Program-made: the position numbers and the translations under genes
In this document: in pieces, positions 27,401 through 36,306 of the stretch
Numbering within the stretch: the stretch's first letter is position 1
Layout of the letters: the number at the start of each line of letters is the position of its first letter
Assembly: GCA_041662445.1 (NCBI GenBank)
Contig: JBAZSL010000008.1
Location: 5,503 to 69,502 of the forward strand
DNA from: Candidatus Babeliales bacterium
Lineage (GTDB): Bacteria; Babelota; Babeliae; Babelales; RVW-14
Direction of reading: 5' to 3'
DNA: 64,000 nt
Notes under the pieces: model-generated
What the model was told of the DNA's origin: nothing
Database searches by the model: none
The model's input: the letters and a program-made list of their open reading frames with translations, nothing else

Positions 27401-27754
27401 ATTGCAGTTACCAATAACTATGGCGGGAGTAATGCGGTTGGCACCATTAAAATACTTTCTTTCAACGGATCTGGTGATCCAATAGCAATGGGAAAATATG
27501 ATTGTTCTGATAGCATAGGAAGCTATCCACACCAAGTTGCATGGTCACCAGATGGCCAATTCGTTGCTGTAGCCAATTATAGTGGGGGCCTTTACAGCTT
27601 AGGATCGGCTCAAGTACTACAGATATTGTTGAATAAAGTAAATGGGATCGCGTTTGGAAATGGCAATGGCAACGATGATGTTAATGTTATAATAAAATCA
27701 GGTGCAAGCATCAACGTATTCTCTGATAGATTATCGTATAACAATGTTGGATAG
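24456..27754 (+). pseudogene. split gene for a signal peptide + beta-helix-like head + about 14-blade beta-propeller protein; the halves are joined by a -1 shift at 25382..25388
   Basis: ORF 24456..25475 (frame 0) is collinear with the first ~330 aa of the intact paralog 27936..30041. The frame of ORF 25472..27754 is open back to 25358 and already encodes a propeller blade (NPYSVSASPNGQFIAVTSQYGG). This could be a true pseudogene, recoding, or a homopolymer sequencing error. Confidence 0.7.
25400..27600 (+). repeat. coding tandem repeat, about 14 units of mostly 162 bp (54 aa: ..YDCSDSTGSNPYSVAWSPDGQFIAVANYGGG..GTIQILSFSGSGDPTAIGK..)
   Basis: The GGTC of the W(S/F) codons recurs at 25587, 25752, 25914, 26085, 26247, 26409, 26571, 26733, 26895, 27057, 27219, 27381 and 27543. 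The last seven units are nearly identical at DNA level. Confidence 0.9.
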
Positions 27755-27861
27755 ATAAATAACGCCAGTTCCTTCTGTGAGCCTGTGGTGCGCAGAGGGT
27801 AGCCGATGCATTTTTTAGCAGAACTGCATAGCTCCACAAAATGCAATAACATAGTTAGCGC

Positions 27862-27891
27862 TTGACCGTGTGCCTCTCTCTTTTCTAGAGT
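27862..27891 (+). promoter_or_regulatory. candidate promoter, second copy (TTGACC-18-TAGAGT)
   Basis: Paralogous to 24382..24411 (offset 3480 bp). Confidence 0.4.
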
Positions 27892-27935
27892 GAAAGAACG
27901 GTAAACGAACTTATCTCATAAAAGGGAGAGATGAT

Positions 27936-30041
27936 ATGAGGTATTATGTAGTTTGTACATTCGCGCTGATTGCCATGTTACATGCATCACTTGCTGCCAG
28001 CAGCATCACTGCTTATGACAACCAGACCGCCTATGAAACATCCAATCACGTTTTTTATAATAATGAAGTTGCGCAAGGCTTTGTGCGTCTTAATGCCGGC
28101 TTCACGGTCATGCCGCCACACGCATGCGCAAATCTTGATCTCTTGTTTTCAGTGTCAGGTGGTATTGATTTGCGAGAAACGAGTACGATCCGTTTACTCA
28201 AGGACCTTGAGTTTGATAGCGGGGTTACCTTAACAGCCGGTGGTACTATTGATGGACGTGGCCACACGCTTATTCTCAATGGTGATTTTAGAATTTCTGC
28301 GGGTAAAGTTTTGCATTTTAGTGGTGATACGATTATTGATGCGCAAGGACATGAGATTGTTATTGGCGAAAATGCACAGATCTTTGTTGATACGAATGTA
28401 ACGCTGACCATTGCCAATGCAATGATCAAAAACATGCACAATGCGCCAACATATCCACTACTTCGTTTAGCAGCTCTTACAAGCAAACTTGCGCTTGATA
28501 ACGTTGTATTTGCACCGGTTGGCGATTTTTTATTTCAGCAAGGACAGCTCTTTGTTCATAATGACGTTATGGTTACCGGCACATCGGCATTTGTGTATCA
28601 CTCACCAATGCCAAGTTTTATTACCAAGAATTCGTGCCTTTATCTCGATCATAACGTAACATTTTCTATCGCATCGGCAACATTTACTGACGCACCATTT
28701 ACTCTCAAAAATACATATACCGACTGCAACTTTATTAAGATGGTCGATCAAACTTCGATGCTCTATGGTGACGGTTGCAGTTTACAAACAACCGAAACAG
28801 GACTGCGCCTGACACGAGGCACGGTAATCCTTGATAATCGCGTGCAGTTTAAGAGCGACGCTACCTTGACACTCACCTCTGTTACGTTGCGGGCTTTGCA
28901 GAATGTTTCACTGGGCGCAGATGTTTACAGCACAGACTGGAGTCCCGACAGACGGTATGTGGCAATTGGTACAACGGTGAATTTTAGTGGTAATGCCATT
29001 CAAGTGTACCGATTCGCAGAAACAGCCTTAGCTTTGGTTGCTTCAGCGAGCTATGGTACCAGGGTTTGGTCAGTGCGCTGGAGCCCGGACGGACGCTATT
29101 TGGCGGTTGGTGGCTTGAACCCAACGAATAACAATGAGGTTCAGATTTATAGCTTTGACGGGACGGCGCTAACACTAATTACTGATGCACAAGTTGATTA
29201 CGGTTCAGATGCTTATTCGGTGGCCTGGAGTCCTGATGGGCGGTACTTGGCAATTGGCGGAGGCTCTCCAATAAGTGGGAACGAAGTACAGATTTATAGT
29301 TTTGATGGAACAGCGCTGGCGCTTATTCCTGGCGCACAAGTGAATTATGGTTTTGATGTTCGATCAGTGACGTGGAGTCCTGACGGCCGCTATCTGGCGC
29401 TCGGCGGTGATAATTTTATGGGTGGCAATGAACTTCGAGTTTACACGTTTAATGGGACGACACTGAGTTTGTGTGTACAACTTGATTATGGCGCCATCAT
29501 TTATTCTTTGAGTTGGAGTCCTGATGGTCGCTATCTGGCAGTTGGTGGAAATTTTCCAACAAGCGGCAACATACTTAAGATATACACTTTTAACGGAACT
29601 GAATTGGTTCTTAGTGCACAAGCTGACTTTGGTGAATATGTTTATTCGCTGGCATGGAGCCCGAATGGACAATACGTGGCAGTTGGAGGGTATCATCCAA
29701 CAGGAAGTAGCGCACTTCAGGTGTATAGGTTTAACGGAACGGCGCTCATTCCGTGCGCGCAAACTAATTATGGCGAGTTGGTTTGGTCTGTAGCATGGAG
29801 TCCTGATGGTCAATATCTATCGATTATGTGGTCATCTCCAGAAAAAATTGAGATCTGCCATGCTGACTACACTCAACCCACAACGCCTCAAGCCTCGACC
29901 TATAGCATTGTTTTTGGCGACAGCGCCAAGGGAAGTAATTACGATGCACATCTGCAACTAAAGCCAGGAGCAAGTCTCAACCTGACCGGTAAGATGTTGT
30001 ACGATTGTATGGATATAGACAGCGAACCATCGGTTGGTTAA
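27936..30041 (+). CDS. secreted beta-helix-like head + 7-blade WD40-like beta-propeller protein
   Basis: 701 aa. Signal peptide MRYYVVCTFALIAMLHASLAA. There are seven repeats of about 45 aa with W(S)PDGRYLAVGG...(E/A)(V/L)Q(I/V)Y(S/T)F(D/N)GT. Confidence 0.85.
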   Translation: MRYYVVCTFALIAMLHASLAASSITAYDNQTAYETSNHVFYNNEVAQGFVRLNAGFTVMPPHACANLDLLFSVSGGIDLRETSTIRLLKDLEFDSGVTLTAGGTIDGRGHTLILNGDFRISAGKVLHFSGDTIIDAQGHEIVIGENAQIFVDTNVTLTIANAMIKNMHNAPTYPLLRLAALTSKLALDNVVFAPVGDFLFQQGQLFVHNDVMVTGTSAFVYHSPMPSFITKNSCLYLDHNVTFSIASATFTDAPFTLKNTYTDCNFIKMVDQTSMLYGDGCSLQTTETGLRLTRGTVILDNRVQFKSDATLTLTSVTLRALQNVSLGADVYSTDWSPDRRYVAIGTTVNFSGNAIQVYRFAETALALVASASYGTRVWSVRWSPDGRYLAVGGLNPTNNNEVQIYSFDGTALTLITDAQVDYGSDAYSVAWSPDGRYLAIGGGSPISGNEVQIYSFDGTALALIPGAQVNYGFDVRSVTWSPDGRYLALGGDNFMGGNELRVYTFNGTTLSLCVQLDYGAIIYSLSWSPDGRYLAVGGNFPTSGNILKIYTFNGTELVLSAQADFGEYVYSLAWSPNGQYVAVGGYHPTGSSALQVYRFNGTALIPCAQTNYGELVWSVAWSPDGQYLSIMWSSPEKIEICHADYTQPTTPQASTYSIVFGDSAKGSNYDAHLQLKPGASLNLTGKMLYDCMDIDSEPSVG

Positions 30042-30122
30042 ATAGCAAAAAAAAAGAGTCGTCCACGTATCGTGAACGGCTCTTACGAATTTTAGCGACA
30101 CTTCTTGTTGATGATCTTATTT

Positions 30123-30959
30123 TTACGAATCCAAAAATGGCTTTATAACAGTATCAAGAAGTTCACGTGAACATTCAGGCCATTCTTGAGCAAGTGTATT
30201 GCCAAGATAATTTTGGAGTACGAGAACCACATTTTGATGACCTCTTGCACGCGCAAAATCCAAAGCAGTTCTATTACTATGAGGAATTGTATCCCTTATA
30301 TCCTGATCTGCTCCAGCTTCAAGAAGGATCTGTACTACACCGGCATACCCTCGCACTGCGGCCCACATCAATGCCGTTAATCCATTTTTGTTTTGTATAT
30401 TAACATCAGCACCGTTATCTAGGATTGGGCTCCCTTTATTAGTAATCACTGCAGTTACGTCATCTGTATCTGGCGTATTGACCTTAATATCCTCAGCAGG
30501 ACCTTGCGTCTTAACCTTAATAGGACGCGCTAGAAGTTCTTTTACTATAGCAATATGCCCATTCATCGAAGCCCCCATCAATGCCGTCAAACCGCTATGG
30601 TCTTGTGCATCAATATGAGCGTTGAATTTTAAAAGTAATCTTACTATATCAACATTCCCATGAGCTGAAGCCACCACCAATGCTGTTGTGTCATCTTGAC
30701 CGCATGCATCGGGGTCAGCAGAATGATCTAACAAGAACCACAGCTCCATTAAGGCTCCTTTTTTTGCTGCCGTAAACACATCAACATCAAACTGCTTGTC
30801 GAATGCACGTCTCATTCTTTTTGCTGATGGCTGCATAACATCATCATTACACGTCCTGAAAGCAACCTCAATCTTTGTTGGCTGCATACCATAATCTGGC
30901 ATCATTACGCATCCTGAAAGCACCAGCGCTCCGCATACTTTTTTCATCATGCTTTTCAT
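30123..30959 (-). CDS. ankyrin-repeat lipoprotein
   Basis: 278 aa with lipobox LSGC in MKSMMKKVCGALVLSGCV. ANK motifs include TALVVASAHGNVDIVRLLL, LTALMGASMNGHIAIVKELL and LTALMWAAVRGYAGVVQILLEAGAD. Confidence 0.8.
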   Translation of the reverse strand: MKSMMKKVCGALVLSGCVMMPDYGMQPTKIEVAFRTCNDDVMQPSAKRMRRAFDKQFDVDVFTAAKKGALMELWFLLDHSADPDACGQDDTTALVVASAHGNVDIVRLLLKFNAHIDAQDHSGLTALMGASMNGHIAIVKELLARPIKVKTQGPAEDIKVNTPDTDDVTAVITNKGSPILDNGADVNIQNKNGLTALMWAAVRGYAGVVQILLEAGADQDIRDTIPHSNRTALDFARARGHQNVVLVLQNYLGNTLAQEWPECSRELLDTVIKPFLDS

Positions 30960-31122
30960 CGAAAAACCTCCATATTGTAAAATTCATCCATTATTTAACT
31001 ACATTAAAAATCAATTAGAAATAATTTCTTTACTATGCGCTAAATAGTTGTGTTTGTCAATTTTTGTTTTTTATTACAATTAGTACGTGTTTTTGGCTAA
31101 AATTGACTCGAAATTAATGAAA

Positions 31123-31171
31123 TGCAACGCCACCCTGATATACTTCCAGGGGCTTAAAGAAAGGCGTTGCA
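31123..31171 (-). terminator. nested hairpin downstream of hisS (terminator-like)
   Basis: TGCAACGCC ... GGCGTTGCA (9 bp) encloses CCCTG..CAGGG. Confidence 0.35.
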
Positions 31172-31218
31172 CATGCGGGAATATGTCTAATTAACGGACT
31201 GAAAGTCATTTTTGTGAG

Positions 31219-32544
31219 TTAAGCAAGGAGCGAGCACAGAGATGAGGTAGCGCCCACTATATCGTTATTTTTTATTGCGTGCAGCAAAATGCCATGTTGA
31301 CCATAGGTTGCGAGCAACGAAAAATTTCTCTTCTGCGCATACTCTTTTATAGCTATTTCTGAGCATGAATTCATCGGAATAAAGTCTGCAGCAAGCCCTT
31401 TTTTGCGTAGTTTTCGTGTCAATTCGAGTAATGGTTGATGTTGTTGCTTGGCGGTGGGCACAACGAGAATTCGTACCGTATGATCATATTCCTGTATGAG
31501 CTTTAACTCCAACAGTGCCGTTAGAATTCTTTCCAAGCCAAAGGCCATGCCAACGGCAGGAAGATCTGGGCCGCCAAGATTTTTTACGAGATGATCATAT
31601 CTGCCTCCACCAAGTACTGCGCCCACAGGTATATTGGGGATACTTCCTTCAAGAATAAAACCGGTATAATAATCGGCACCACGAGCGAGCAGAAGATCAA
31701 AATTAATCCTTTTTTTTATATCGGTATCAAGATAAGAACAAATTTCTTCAAGTTCTTCTATCCCGTTGACCCCTTCAGAGAAATCACCAAGAAATTTTTT
31801 CATAACTTCAAATTTATGATTGGTATCACCTTCCAACGTACAAACAAAAATGATGGCCTGAACAGCCTTATCTGGCAATGCTCGTCGCGCCAGTATTTCC
31901 CTAATATGAGCTATAAAAGAACTATGATAATCAGGATTATTGTGATGTACCCATTTTTCAGAAAATTTACTTACTTCATCCATCGCCCTCTGCAGGTGTA
32001 GCCTGCCCTGAGTGCCAGCAAGTTCTGATTTTTCGGCAAGCGCTTTAATAATCAAGCGATGGTTAATGTTGATAACAAAATTGGGAAAACCCAATCGAGA
32101 TAGACCCTCACATGCCATATGTATTACTTCTGCATCAGCGGATCGATCTCCTACGCCAATAACATCGCCATCGCACTGGGTAAATTCTCTGAAATGTCCC
32201 TTGTCAATTTCATCGTCTCTAAATACCGTAGCGATCTGATATCGTTTAAATGGAATTGGCGCTTCCGGATGATCTGCAATATATCGTGCCATTGGAACAG
32301 TAAGATCATAACGCAATACCATCTCCTGAGAGGTACAATCCTTGAGGTGAAAAAGAAGGGACTCGCCCTCGCCATGATGGCCACTAAATACTTTTGCGTG
32401 TTCAAGTACTGGTGTACTCAGTGGATCAAATCCATATTCTTTGTAAATTGTTTCAATAATATCAAGAACCATTTTCCTCTGAATAAATTGCATGCCAAAA
32501 AACTCTGATGTTCCCTGTGGAATACCATAATTAGAATGATGCAT
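31219..32544 (-). CDS. hisS: histidine--tRNA ligase
   Basis: 441 aa. Motifs LRYDLTVPMARY, FKRYQIATVFRDD, REFTQCDGDVIG and GGGRYDHLV. Confidence 0.9.
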   Translation of the reverse strand: MHHSNYGIPQGTSEFFGMQFIQRKMVLDIIETIYKEYGFDPLSTPVLEHAKVFSGHHGEGESLLFHLKDCTSQEMVLRYDLTVPMARYIADHPEAPIPFKRYQIATVFRDDEIDKGHFREFTQCDGDVIGVGDRSADAEVIHMACEGLSRLGFPNFVININHRLIIKALAEKSELAGTQGRLHLQRAMDEVSKFSEKWVHHNNPDYHSSFIAHIREILARRALPDKAVQAIIFVCTLEGDTNHKFEVMKKFLGDFSEGVNGIEELEEICSYLDTDIKKRINFDLLLARGADYYTGFILEGSIPNIPVGAVLGGGRYDHLVKNLGGPDLPAVGMAFGLERILTALLELKLIQEYDHTVRILVVPTAKQQHQPLLELTRKLRKKGLAADFIPMNSCSEIAIKEYAQKRNFSLLATYGQHGILLHAIKNNDIVGATSSLCSLLA

Positions 32545-32572
32545 AAGAGGCCTTTTCTATGTAATATTTATT

Positions 32573-32597
32573 AGGGTGGCGGTAGAATTGCCACCCT
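32573..32597 (-). other. hairpin in the 64-nt hutH-hisS spacer
   Basis: AGGGTGGC-ggtagaatt-GCCACCCT. No clear T-tract, so its function (terminator, attenuator or processing site) is open. Confidence 0.3.
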
Positions 32598-32608
32598 ATA
32601 GGAATGTA

Positions 32609-34201
32609 TTAAATCGCTAGCGCGCCAATTTGTTGCTCGACGGTAGTAACAATAACACCTGATTTTAAGATCTCTGTTAGTGCATCGATATCTTTGTAAA
32701 GAATGCGATCGTCTTCAACGAAATCAACTTTGCTGCGCACAAATTTTTTGAGGGCCTGTATGGCAGCGCTTGGCATTTGTTCTCTAAAGTCTAATGCCTG
32801 AATTGTAAGCAATAACTCGATAGCAACTACTGAAAAAACATTATTTAAAATGGTTGATGCTTTTCGAGCAGAAATTGACCCCATGCTTACATGGTCTTCC
32901 TGATTAGCACACGTAGGGATAGAATCGACGCATGCCGGATGAGCCAATATTTTATTTTCTGAAACTAATGCAGCGGCTGTGTATTGAGGAATCATAAATC
33001 CTGAATTTAAGCCACTTCCTTTGATAAGGAATGCTGGCAAGCCGTCATTCAATTGAGGATCAAGAATACGTGCGCTTCTTCGTTCAGATATATCACCAAT
33101 TTCTGCTATCGCCATGCCGGCAAAATCCATAGCCAACGCAATTGGTTGACCATGAAAATTTCCGCCTGAGTAGGCTGCGCCATCAAAAATTAATGGGTTA
33201 TCGGTTGCGGAGTTAATTTCTACCTCGATAACTTTTTTTGCATAATTAATCGCATCGATAGATGCACCCATTACTTGCGCAAAACATCTTATGCTATAGC
33301 AATCTTGGACTTTGGAAATATGAGAGTCGATTAAAGAGCTGCCCTGTAATAATCTTCGTATATTTGAGGCGCACTTAACCTGTCCATCATGGGGACGAGC
33401 TTGATGAATTCTGCTGTCAAATGGACTCGAGCATGCTTTCAAGGCTTCAAAAGTTGCGGCTGCTGTAATTTGGGCTCCATTGATTAACGTGTATGCGTCA
33501 GCAATGGTTAGGGCAGAAACGGCTGTAAGTACAGCAGTTCCATTGTTTAACGCCAAGCCCTCTTTTGAGGAGAGGCTTGTGGGTTCAAAATTGAGTTCCT
33601 TAAGATATGCGCGCGTTTCAACTCGCTTACCTTGATAAAAAACTTCGCCCTCGCCTATTAAAACTAACATGATATGAGAGAGTGGCGCCAGATCGCCGCT
33701 TGCTCCGACAGATCCTTTTTCGGGAACATAAGGGTAAATTTCTTTATTGAGCATTTCTACAAGTTTTTCAACTGTTGAAAGTCGAAGTCCAGAGACACCT
33801 TTTGCAAAAGTATTAACGCGTAATAGAAGTGCTGCGCGTACTACTTCCTCTGACAGTGGGTTTCCAACGCCTGCTGCATGACTTCTGATTAAATTTGTTT
33901 GCAATTGTTGCGTTTGATCTTGCGAGATAGAAACATTGGCAAGTGATCCAAAACCAGTTGTTAATCCATAGACAACTTTGCCCTCGTTGACCAAGGTATC
34001 CACCTTGGCTCGTGTCGCGGTAATTCTTTTTTTAGCGTCATCTGAAATTATTACCTTGAACCTGTTCTTTGCTACATTGACCACGTCCTGGATGGTCAGG
34101 CCATCTCCAGTAACTACAACAGTGTTTTGAATTTCAGCTGCGCAATGATGAATGAGTATTAGATGAGTAAGACACAAGAAACCGATATATTTTTTATGCA
34201 T
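32609..34201 (-). CDS. hutH: histidine ammonia-lyase (MIO enzyme) with an unusual hydrophobic N-terminal extension
   Basis: 530 aa. MIO triad in GSVGASGDLAPLSHI, YGLTTGFG, and the SH selectivity pair in NLIRSHAAGVG (HAL-type). The first ~24 aa, MHKKYIGFLCLTHLILIHHCAA, look like a signal peptide. Confidence 0.85.
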   Translation of the reverse strand: MHKKYIGFLCLTHLILIHHCAAEIQNTVVVTGDGLTIQDVVNVAKNRFKVIISDDAKKRITATRAKVDTLVNEGKVVYGLTTGFGSLANVSISQDQTQQLQTNLIRSHAAGVGNPLSEEVVRAALLLRVNTFAKGVSGLRLSTVEKLVEMLNKEIYPYVPEKGSVGASGDLAPLSHIMLVLIGEGEVFYQGKRVETRAYLKELNFEPTSLSSKEGLALNNGTAVLTAVSALTIADAYTLINGAQITAAATFEALKACSSPFDSRIHQARPHDGQVKCASNIRRLLQGSSLIDSHISKVQDCYSIRCFAQVMGASIDAINYAKKVIEVEINSATDNPLIFDGAAYSGGNFHGQPIALAMDFAGMAIAEIGDISERRSARILDPQLNDGLPAFLIKGSGLNSGFMIPQYTAAALVSENKILAHPACVDSIPTCANQEDHVSMGSISARKASTILNNVFSVVAIELLLTIQALDFREQMPSAAIQALKKFVRSKVDFVEDDRILYKDIDALTEILKSGVIVTTVEQQIGALAI

Positions 34202-34302
34202 AAAATCTCGCTTTTTTATAATAACTATCTATAACGACTGCATAAACTCCTTTATGTGCATTTTCTATAACTTCATGGTTTCTCCTTTTTTATTGGTTTC
34301 GC

Positions 34303-34938
34303 CTAAAGGCCTTTCTCCTGTTCTAGTACCGCTCGAGCAGGAGAGGCATCAAGCCCCGATAACAAGAGTGGCAAACAGATCAATTCGTATGCACCGGCAG
34401 CGACGTGTTGCAGCCTCAATCCTTCAATAATAACAATTCCCGCCGACAATAATGATCGATGCGTTTGGTGCTCCGGCTGATTCCGTTCAATGCCCAGGTA
34501 GTCAATCCCCACAGTTTTTATCTTCTTGCTCACAAGATAGTCTGCTGCTTCTGCTGACAGATACACAAAATTTGGATCAAAGGGTGCTATGGGCGTGTGT
34601 GAACTATTGGTTGTTTTGAGTAAAAGAATTTCGCCATTGCAAGGTTCGTGCGCGTTGAGATCTTTGGCCATAATTTTTTCGCTAACCATGGTAAGGTCAA
34701 GCACACGGCAGGGGCCAATGAGTTTGTCAAAACAGAGTTGGTCAACCGTGATTCCGTCTTTCAGAAAATGCGCTGGTGCGTCGATATGAGTTCCGGTATG
34801 TGAGTCGAGCGCGATACGTGATTCGCGTGCGCCATCACGCGTAAAAGTTTTAGTCGGCTCAATATGTACTACGTGACGATTTTTATATGACGATGCATCG
34901 TTGGTTATCGGCCAACTAATGTCGATATATTGTTTCAT
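34303..34938 (-). CDS. cyclase-family protein (kynurenine/aryl formamidase-like)
   Basis: 211 aa with the HxGTHxDxPxH motif (HTGTHIDAPAHF). Confidence 0.75.
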   Translation of the reverse strand: MKQYIDISWPITNDASSYKNRHVVHIEPTKTFTRDGARESRIALDSHTGTHIDAPAHFLKDGITVDQLCFDKLIGPCRVLDLTMVSEKIMAKDLNAHEPCNGEILLLKTTNSSHTPIAPFDPNFVYLSAEAADYLVSKKIKTVGIDYLGIERNQPEHQTHRSLLSAGIVIIEGLRLQHVAAGAYELICLPLLLSGLDASPARAVLEQEKGL

Positions 34939-34941
34939 GAG

Positions 34942-35481
34942 TTATCGTAGGGGCGATTGGCGTTTTGACCAATGTATCTTTGCATAAGGAGAAAGATTGA
35001 GTTGAAAGGTGATGGGGTCAAAAAATTCCAGTCCGGGGTTCTTTGAGATCAGATCAAGTGTGGTGTGCGGTGGAATTGAGAGCATGCCTTGTTGATAGTG
35101 AACATCTTCAAGAAAATCAAAAATAACATCGCCGACAAGAGTGATTTTTGAAGAGCCGCTCATAAATACTAAGCTATCCTGTTTAAGATTGAAGAGGGTG
35201 ATCGCTTTCCCTTTATGTCCAATAATAAGTTCTGCGTGTGGAGCGAGGATAAGTGTTCCGCCGTCATTGAAAGTGAAATCGTGACCAAGAAAACATCGTC
35301 CCTTAATTTCACGTACCTTCTCGACATGGTTTGCACTAATTTTAATGATCTTTTTGCGAAGTTCGATATCTCCCGGCTGAAAACCGTTATGTGCAATACT
35401 AGGAATGGTATTGTCAGTCATTGCGTGAGTGGTGCTTATGAGCGCAACAGATAGGAGTACGGATAATAGTAGCTTCTTCAT
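34942..35481 (-). CDS. small secreted protein, paralog family member P1
   Basis: I prefer the ATG at 35481 (MKKLLLSVLLSVALISTTHA), preceded by AAGGA. CFLGHDFTFNDGGTLILAPHAELII aligns with CTLNHDLAFKSNGRIIITPGAHLII in 37854..38501. Confidence 0.65.
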   Translation of the reverse strand: MKKLLLSVLLSVALISTTHAMTDNTIPSIAHNGFQPGDIELRKKIIKISANHVEKVREIKGRCFLGHDFTFNDGGTLILAPHAELIIGHKGKAITLFNLKQDSLVFMSGSSKITLVGDVIFDFLEDVHYQQGMLSIPPHTTLDLISKNPGLEFFDPITFQLNLSPYAKIHWSKRQSPLR

Positions 35482-35591
35482 GAGGTGTCCTTGGTAAGAA
35501 GAGTGATGAATTTTTATTATCGCGTAAAGTATAGGTTTTTTTGCGTGCAAATCTATGGAAAATTCTTCTTTTTTGAATATTTCTTGCCCGC

Positions 35592-35609
35592 TGTAGTTTT
35601 TAAACTACA
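35592..35609. promoter_or_regulatory. inverted repeat upstream of the TA module (candidate operator)
   Basis: TGTAGTTT-tt-AAACTACA ends 10 nt before the ATG at 35620. Confidence 0.4.
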
Positions 35610-35619
35610 ATAGCTTTGT

Positions 35620-35956
35620 ATGGATCAGATAACAATAAATTTTTATGTTACGAGAACCGGGAAAAGTCTGTTTGCTGACTGGCATGATGATCTTGATGTG
35701 AAGGCGAGAGCTATTATACGAACAAGATTGGATAGGGTTAGGCTCGGTAATCTTGGCGATTGCAAGCCGATTAAGAATGGTGATGGAATATGGGAAAATG
35801 CGAATAAATTATGGACCGGGTTTTAGGATTTATTTTAGTAAGTGTGGCTCGAAATTGGTTGTTCTCTTGGTTGGTGGCGATAAGGGAAGCCAGAAGCGTG
35901 ATATAGAAAAGGCGAAACATTATTGGACTGAGTGTAGGGATTTGTTACATGACTAA
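35620..35956 (+). pseudogene. frameshifted addiction-module killer protein (RelE/ParE superfamily, COG3657-type)
   Basis: ORFs 35620..35826 and 35753..35956 together give ...RLGNLGDCKPIKNGDGIWE / MRINYGPGFRIYFSKCGSKLVVLLVGGDKGSQKRDIEKAKHYW. This is the full family pattern, interrupted by one extra A in the A4 run at 35795..35798. Confidence 0.7.
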
Positions 35957-36254
35957 GAGATTAAAAGATTATCAAGAAAAATTACTTCGTGATTTGCAGG
36001 ATCCTGTTGAGGCGAATGAGTACCTTAATGCTGCACTCATGGATTCGGATCCACGTATATTCCTTTTGGCCTTAAAAAATGTAATTGAAGCTCAGAAAAC
36101 CGAGGTGTCGACACTTGCTCGCAAAGCAAAGCTTAATCGCGAAAATCTCTATCGAATGCTTTCTCCAAGGGGTAATCCTCGTCTTTCAAGCATTGTTCCT
36201 TTACTTGGTTCCCTTGGATTGCATCTTGCAGTCCAGCCATATAAACATAAGTAA
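35949..36254 (+). CDS. addiction-module antidote protein (HigA-family HTH, COG3636-type)
   Basis: 101 aa. YLNAALMDSDPRIFLLALKNVIEAQ...LARKAKLNRENLYRMLSPRGNPRLSSI is typical of the family. It overlaps the toxin's end by 8 nt. Confidence 0.75.
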   Translation: MTKRLKDYQEKLLRDLQDPVEANEYLNAALMDSDPRIFLLALKNVIEAQKTEVSTLARKAKLNRENLYRMLSPRGNPRLSSIVPLLGSLGLHLAVQPYKHK

Positions 36255-36306
36255 ATGAGTGATTTCAGGAGAGTTCTTTACGTACTCTACCGTTGATCTT
36301 TGGTAA

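Noticed and set aside
25400-27600. A regular 162-bp periodicity that could suggest a CRISPR or satellite array
   Set aside because: The period is a multiple of 3 and the whole array is one open reading frame encoding propeller blades. There is no repeat-spacer alternation.
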